Assembly (NCBI GenBank): GCA_020072565.1
Contig: JAIQGI010000010.1
Span: 64,592-128,591 of the forward strand
DNA: 64,000 bases
Direction: 5' to 3'
Source of the DNA: Terriglobia bacterium
Lineage (GTDB): Bacteria > Acidobacteriota > UBA6911
Positions 58,900-64,000 of the stretch are shown here, in pieces. A program made the translations under genes and the position numbers. The stretch's first letter is position 1. The number at the start of each line of letters is the position of its first letter. The notes under the pieces were generated by a model. It was given only the letters and a program-made list of their open reading frames with translations, made no database searches and was not told the origin of the DNA.

Positions 58900-59286
58900 A
58901 TGGCCATCCGTATCGTGAGGCTGGGAAGCGCCCGAAGCCAGGGCGAAGGGCTGCGCATCGGAACAGTCCGCCGCCCGCCACGCGGCGTACCCAAGTCTGA
59001 GTTCGCCTCGCAGAACTGGTATGACGTTTGGTTTCCAATCTTGGCGCCAAGCGTCGAAACACTAAAGTTGGGGCAGACGGCCACCACCCCCGCACACTGG
59101 GCCGCCTTCGCCAAGAAATACCGGGCCGAAATGTCGGCCCCGGAAGCCCGCCACACCCTCGCGCTCCTCGCCGCGCTGTCCCATCACAGCAGTTTCTCAG
59201 TCGGATGCTACTGCGAGAACGAATCGCACTGCCATCGCTCGGTGCTGCGGATGCTCCTGGCCGAGCATGGAGCCAAGCTTGAGTAA
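58900..59286 (+). CDS. DUF488 (YeaO-like) family protein
   Basis: AAGGAGG SD 8 nt upstream of ATG 58900 (the track ORF begins at 58798). DUF488 hallmarks: IRIVRLGS...RPPRGVPK...WYDVWFPILAPS...WAAFAKKYRAEM...HCHRSVLRMLL. Confidence 0.65.
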   Translation: MAIRIVRLGSARSQGEGLRIGTVRRPPRGVPKSEFASQNWYDVWFPILAPSVETLKLGQTATTPAHWAAFAKKYRAEMSAPEARHTLALLAALSHHSSFSVGCYCENESHCHRSVLRMLLAEHGAKLE

Positions 59287-59313
59287 GCAATGTGTGTTCA
59301 TCCCGGGCTACAA

Positions 59314-61992
59314 TCATCTGCCCGGCGGTTGGATAATGCCCGCTGCCCAGATGTCGCCGCGCGATTCCTCCCAGGTAAAGTAGATGTACCGCCCATCCGT
59401 CGCCAGGCCGAGGGCTCCAAGCACGCCACGCCTGCCGGCCAACGCCGTGACTGGCCGCTCCTGCCGGTTGCCCATGGACAGGGTCCAGACATTGTTTGCT
59501 CGATCTCCAACCCCAATGAAGTAGATCTGCTTCCCATCGAGTGACCATCGGGGCAGAGATCCCACTCCTTTCGTCAACCGCTCCGCTTGCCCACCGGAAG
59601 CAGAGACACGCCACAGCCCACGGGTGCCATCGCGAATCGAATCAAACACCACCCATTTGCCATCGGGCGACCAGTCGGCATGGAGGTCCCCGGCGTTGCT
59701 CGTCAGGCGCCGCTCCTTGCCCCCTTGGGCCGGCACAACAGAGAGACCATTCCCCTCCTTGACAATCTCCAGCCCATTGGGTGACCAGGCCGGGTAAAGG
59801 CTCTCCGATTCGCCGTGGGTCACTTGCCGCGCTGGCCCGCCCCCGATTGGCATGATCCAGACCTCTCGATGCCCTGTCCGGGAGGAGTAGAACACCACTT
59901 CGCTGCCGTCGGGCTTCCACCGCGGACCTGCGTCTACCGCCCGATCCGTGGTGAGCTGTTGCAGATCTCCTCCACTTGCGGACAATGTCCACAGATCCCA
60001 GTTCCCCGCCCGGTCTGAGCTGACGATGAGCCGCCCATCGCGTGCTACATCGATGGACTCGAACTCTGACTCGTCAAAAGTAAGTTGGGCGGTGTCCGTC
60101 CAAGTTGCTGGACGGTCAGTCAGGATGGGAGCGCGAAAGACGTTGCGGGCGGTACGTCCCTTTGTGTATGCCAGCCTCTTCCCATCCGCGCAAAACACGG
60201 CATGGATCATCTCGATTCCGGCGGTAACTCGCTGTGGTTCACCTTCAGGCAGGCCGGCGCGACCCAGCGTATATCTCCACAGGTCGGGTGTACCGCCGCG
60301 ATCCGCGACGAAATACAGCGTGCGAGAGTCCGGCGACCAGGTCGGGTTCCAATCCTTCTTTGTGCCGTCGGTCAGTTGGAAGCTCTCCCCGTCAGAGGTG
60401 CGCGTCAACCAGAGTTCCCGCGTTGCAGCAATGGGGCTTATCCCCCGCCCATATGCGAGCCAGCGGCCATCCGGCGACCAACTAATGTCCACAATCGCAT
60501 TACTGCGGGGCCTCCCTGGGAGCGGCAACTTTCTCGAGGCACCACTGGCCAGCGTCAGGATCTCAAGCCACGGCCCGACACGCTGGCCCAGCGCGTACGC
60601 CAGCTGTGTACTGTCGGGGGACCACTGTGCCGGAGTTGGATACGGATCGCCCGGCGACCAGGAGGCGACCTTGCGCGCTCTCCCTCCAACCCCCGGCATG
60701 ACAAAATAACCCCCTCCCTCCCTGAATGAAAAGAACGCGATCCATTGGCCATCCGGCGACCAAGTCGGAAACATATCATCGGCGGTGCTGTCGGCGGTCC
60801 GGTTGACCGCCTGGCTGCTTCCCACCTGGGTTACCCAGATGTCCCAGTTGCCGGTCTGATCCGATTGATACGCGAGAGTGCGGCCGTCCGGGGACCAGCT
60901 CGGGTAATCCTCGACTCCCATTGCGGCAGTCACTTTGACGGGGTTGGCCAGGCGAGGAACATCGGCCGCTGGCTGCCGTGTCCGGCCGGAAAACAAGATG
61001 GCCATAACCGCTGTGAGCGCGATAACCGCCGCAACCCCAACAGCCCACCAGGCCCACCTGCGTCCTCCTGGCTTGGCCGGCATCCTGGCGCGTGTTGACG
61101 ATATCTGTTCGGCGCTTGCTGCCGCGCGACCGGAATCAGAATCGCGTTTGAGCCGCTCGAGATCGACGCGCATGTCGCCAGCACTCTGGTAGCGCAACTT
61201 GCGCTCCTTCTCCATGGCCTTGTTGATGATTCGTTCCAGATCATCCGGCAAGCCGGGATTGATCCTGACCGGAGCGGTCGGCGCCTTGGTGAGGATCTCC
61301 GTGAAGATGATTCCAGAAGTGGTGCCGTCGAAGGGGCGTCTCCCTGTGGCCATTTCATACAGAACAACACCCAGCGAGAACAGGTCCGTCCGCATATCTA
61401 GTTCTTCGCCGCGAACCTGTTCCGGCGACATGTACGCCACGGTCCCGACGGCGGTGCCGGGACTGGTCAGCATCTCCTCAGTGGCCGCCGTGGGGGCTGC
61501 CGATCCCTTGTGCCTTGGCTCGGCGGAGACCTTTGCCAGTCCGAAATCGAGAATCTTGGCGGTCCCACGTTCGGTTACGAAAACATTGGCAGGCTTGATG
61601 TCTCGATGAATGATGCCCTTGGCGTGCGCCGCATCGAGTCCGTCGCTGATCTGGATCGCCAGATCGAGAATGCGCTCCACATCGAACGGTTTCGCTTCGA
61701 TCCGCTGCTTGAGCGTTTTGCCTTCCAGCAGCTCCATGGCAATGAAGTGCTGGCCCTCGTGCTGGTTGATTTCGTAGATCGTGCAGATGTTCGGATGATT
61801 CAGCGCTGAAGCAGCCTTGGCTTCCCGCTGAAATCGCTCCAGGGCATGCCGGTCTTCGGATACCACTTCGGGGAGAAACTTCAAGGCAACAAAGCGGCCC
61901 AAGGAGGTGTCCTCGGCCCTGTAGACGACACCCATCCCTCCGCCGCCCAGTTTCTCAATGATCCTGTAGTGCGATACGATCTTGCCGACCAT
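59314..61992 (-). CDS. Ser/Thr protein kinase fused to C-terminal TolB/PD40 beta-propeller repeats (second paralog)
   Basis: GGAGG SD 8 nt upstream of ATG 61992. Kinase motifs ([36 protein letters not shown]). TM ([20 protein letters not shown]). Repeated WSPDG-type PD40 units. Confidence 0.85.
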   Translation of the reverse strand: MVGKIVSHYRIIEKLGGGGMGVVYRAEDTSLGRFVALKFLPEVVSEDRHALERFQREAKAASALNHPNICTIYEINQHEGQHFIAMELLEGKTLKQRIEAKPFDVERILDLAIQISDGLDAAHAKGIIHRDIKPANVFVTERGTAKILDFGLAKVSAEPRHKGSAAPTAATEEMLTSPGTAVGTVAYMSPEQVRGEELDMRTDLFSLGVVLYEMATGRRPFDGTTSGIIFTEILTKAPTAPVRINPGLPDDLERIINKAMEKERKLRYQSAGDMRVDLERLKRDSDSGRAAASAEQISSTRARMPAKPGGRRWAWWAVGVAAVIALTAVMAILFSGRTRQPAADVPRLANPVKVTAAMGVEDYPSWSPDGRTLAYQSDQTGNWDIWVTQVGSSQAVNRTADSTADDMFPTWSPDGQWIAFFSFREGGGYFVMPGVGGRARKVASWSPGDPYPTPAQWSPDSTQLAYALGQRVGPWLEILTLASGASRKLPLPGRPRSNAIVDISWSPDGRWLAYGRGISPIAATRELWLTRTSDGESFQLTDGTKKDWNPTWSPDSRTLYFVADRGGTPDLWRYTLGRAGLPEGEPQRVTAGIEMIHAVFCADGKRLAYTKGRTARNVFRAPILTDRPATWTDTAQLTFDESEFESIDVARDGRLIVSSDRAGNWDLWTLSASGGDLQQLTTDRAVDAGPRWKPDGSEVVFYSSRTGHREVWIMPIGGGPARQVTHGESESLYPAWSPNGLEIVKEGNGLSVVPAQGGKERRLTSNAGDLHADWSPDGKWVVFDSIRDGTRGLWRVSASGGQAERLTKGVGSLPRWSLDGKQIYFIGVGDRANNVWTLSMGNRQERPVTALAGRRGVLGALGLATDGRYIYFTWEESRGDIWAAGIIQPPGR

Positions 61993-62728
61993 GGAGAATC
62001 CCTCCACTGGCAATTCCCGCACTGCAATCAGAACGACCTGAATTTGCAGCGATTATAGTCGACTCGGGTCAGCCCTGGTTAGCCGAATCCGCAGCACTTG
62101 CGCGAATGCGTCGGCCACCGGAAACTGGCAAGCTCCCAAGATGTGGCGTTCGCGTCAATAAGGAGCCAAAACCTCCGCGACGCGGTAAACGGCCTACTCG
62201 GGCTGGGATGACACCTGAGGGGATATTGACACGAACAGGACTTTCAGCACTAAAACGTTGGCACGATCTAGTGTTGCAATGGGAGTCGGGCAGCTTCGCC
62301 ATTTCGAGAAACATTCACAATCTTTGAATTTTTAAAAATAGAGACATAAAGATTCACTGCCTCCTCGGCCTGGGCGTCGAACCACAGGAATGGGGTGATT
62401 TTTTGCATAAAGTCCCTTAACGGAGCGAATCGTGGCATCCACGTTCTCGACCTGAATGGTGTTGACCATTGGTTGACGTGGAACCAGAGATTCCTACCGC
62501 TCAGCAAGTGGAAATCCTGCAGTCGTGGGATTGGCAGAGATCCGGTGCGCGGCAATGGTGATTGCCGCCAGCCCCGCAAGTGCCCAGGCCAACCTCGACG
62601 CGCCCCTGCCCACGGCTGCCCTCCATGGAACATTCCAGGCCGAGTATTCCCGCCATCAGCACAGGATTCAATCTCGCCAAACGCCGACCGCAGACTTCCG
62701 GCCAACGGCTGCCGGATTCCTATCGGCT

Positions 62729-63997
62729 TTACTCCTGCCGAAGTGCCTCAACGGGCTCAATATGCGTCGCACGCCTGGCGGGCAAGTACCCGGCGATCAG
62801 CCCGACGCATGCCAAAATGAGCGCGACTGCCGCAAATGTCAACGGGTCCGTCGCGCTGACATTGAACAACATCCCGGACATTAGCCTCGTCAGGAAGAGA
62901 CTGCCGGCAAGGCCGATCGCCACGCCGATGATGACCAGTCCAAGGCTGTGCTGGATCACCATGCGCAGTATCCGCCCGCGGCTTGCGCCGAGCGCCATGC
63001 GAATGCCCAGCTCTCGAGTCCTCCGTACGACCGAGTATGAAATCACTCCATAAACCCCGGCCGCCGCGAGCAACATGGCTATACCCGCAAACGCAGCCAG
63101 AAGCCACGTCGACAATCGCCGCCGCGCCATAGAGTTCGACATCAGATCATCCATCGTACGGATCATGTACACCGGCTGGTCGGGATCGATAGCCAGAATC
63201 TGACGCTCCACCGCGCTCACCAGGGCATGCGGCTCGGTTGCGGTACGAATCACGATGCTCATGCTGGGCGACGGATTCTGCATCTCGGGCCAATAGAGCT
63301 GCACCCGGGACGGTGACTCGAGCGTGCGATAGCGAACGTGGCGCACAACCCCCACTACGGTCATCCAGCGTGCCGTCGATTGCGCGCCGCCCCGTTTGAT
63401 CCGTTTCCCGATCGGATCCTCATTCGGCCAGAAAGTCCGTGCCATCGTCTCGTCTACTATGGCCACTGGAGCAGCATTTTCGGAATCCTGCTCATCAAAA
63501 TAACGACCGCGCAGCAGTTCGATTCCCAGGGCCTGAAACAGCCCAGCCGTCACAGGCCTTCGGTCCGCTTCCGGCGTCCGGTTTTCCGCAGGGACGGTTT
63601 GTGTGTCGACCGTAACCGTTCCCGAGCTGTTCTGGCCGCTCAGCGGAAGCAATCCGATTGCACCTGCCGCTTCCACGCCCGGCAGCGCTGCAAGCCGACG
63701 GTTCAGCTCGCGATAAAACACGCGAACCTTGCCGGGGTCGCCGTACCTCGAATCGGGAAGCGCAATCCGCATGGTCAGCACATTGTGCGGCCGAAATCCC
63801 GGATCGACTGCCTGCAATCGCAGGAAACTGCGGATCAGAAGGCCGGCGCCCGCGAGCAGCGCAAGCGACATGGCCACCTCGGCCACGACAAGGGCGTCGC
63901 GCAACCGCCGCCGAGCCGTCCCCGACGTCACCGGACGCCCCGCTTCCTTAAGTGATTCGGGATTGAATTCTGCAGAGGAGCGGAGCGCCGGCCACAA
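62729..63997 (-). CDS. ABC-transporter permease, FtsX/MacB-like (ADOP-type), C-terminal portion; gene continues beyond window end
   Basis: C-terminal FtsX-like 4-TM module (VVAEVAMSLALLAGAGLLIRSF...; final three helices) preceded by a MacB-like periplasmic domain. Reading frame open to the window edge. Confidence 0.6.
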   Translation of the reverse strand: MWPALRSSAEFNPESLKEAGRPVTSGTARRRLRDALVVAEVAMSLALLAGAGLLIRSFLRLQAVDPGFRPHNVLTMRIALPDSRYGDPGKVRVFYRELNRRLAALPGVEAAGAIGLLPLSGQNSSGTVTVDTQTVPAENRTPEADRRPVTAGLFQALGIELLRGRYFDEQDSENAAPVAIVDETMARTFWPNEDPIGKRIKRGGAQSTARWMTVVGVVRHVRYRTLESPSRVQLYWPEMQNPSPSMSIVIRTATEPHALVSAVERQILAIDPDQPVYMIRTMDDLMSNSMARRRLSTWLLAAFAGIAMLLAAAGVYGVISYSVVRRTRELGIRMALGASRGRILRMVIQHSLGLVIIGVAIGLAGSLFLTRLMSGMLFNVSATDPLTFAAVALILACVGLIAGYLPARRATHIEPVEALRQE

Positions 63998-64000
63998 ACC

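Noticed and set aside
1-64000. CRISPR arrays, rRNA/tRNA genes, transposase/integrase genes
   Set aside because: No regularly spaced direct repeats, no tRNA cloverleaf candidates in intergenic regions, and no ORF resembling transposases or integrases were found on either strand.

Overview
High-GC (about 65% by eye) bacterial chromosomal segment with densely packed genes on both strands. Gene content points to an Acidobacteria-like genome (inference only): several Hanks-type Ser/Thr kinases fused to TolB/PD40 beta-propellers or TPR arrays, BNR-repeat proteins, an ADOP/MacB-like permease fragment and many secreted CAZymes. Reading left to right: (1) a glycan-degradation block (BNR/Asp-box protein, NPCBM+GH27 alpha-galactosidase, GH38 alpha-mannosidase, six-hairpin glycosidase-like protein); (2) a minus-strand operon of SDR, FAD_binding_2 flavoprotein, Old-Yellow-Enzyme-like reductase, sugar-phosphate isomerase/epimerase and Na+/solute symporter, plus a GH127/DUF1680-like gene; (3) a plus-strand polysaccharide-lyase/hydrolase cluster (Gfo/Idh/MocA-like, heparinase II/III-like, two hypothetical large proteins) that embeds two uroporphyrinogen-decarboxylase (URO-D/MtaA)-family paralogs; this is the most novel-looking system in the window; (4) a roughly 1.2-kb low-GC island with a GNAT-like gene, immediately followed by a degenerate zinc-ribbon/half-kinase membrane protein; (5) a redox/copper module: 4Fe-4S protein with a CCCCGCCCG motif, TlpA-like redoxin, FNR-like regulator, Tat-exported 771-aa multicopper oxidase, orphan CusB-like adaptor with N- and C-terminal metal-binding domains; (6) three full-length Ser/Thr kinases, a SAM-methyltransferase, S41 peptidase, Tat-lipoprotein hemerythrin, orphan ParB-like protein, orphan TolC, an internally deleted S66 LD-carboxypeptidase-like ORF, a DinB_2/MDMPI-like protein and a second low-GC patch with a secreted hypothetical and a DUF488 protein. 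No rRNA, tRNA, CRISPR array or recognisable transposase/integrase was seen. Non-coding structure includes a conserved post-stop palindromic motif after three genes, a 27-nt motif shared by two intergenic regions, and a 26-bp near-perfect inverted repeat pair inside a 1.2-kb gene-free stretch. The ORF track uses ATG/GTG/TTG starts; several starts were moved to internal ATGs with Shine-Dalgarno support. Long antisense ORFs in this GC-rich DNA were treated as artefacts.
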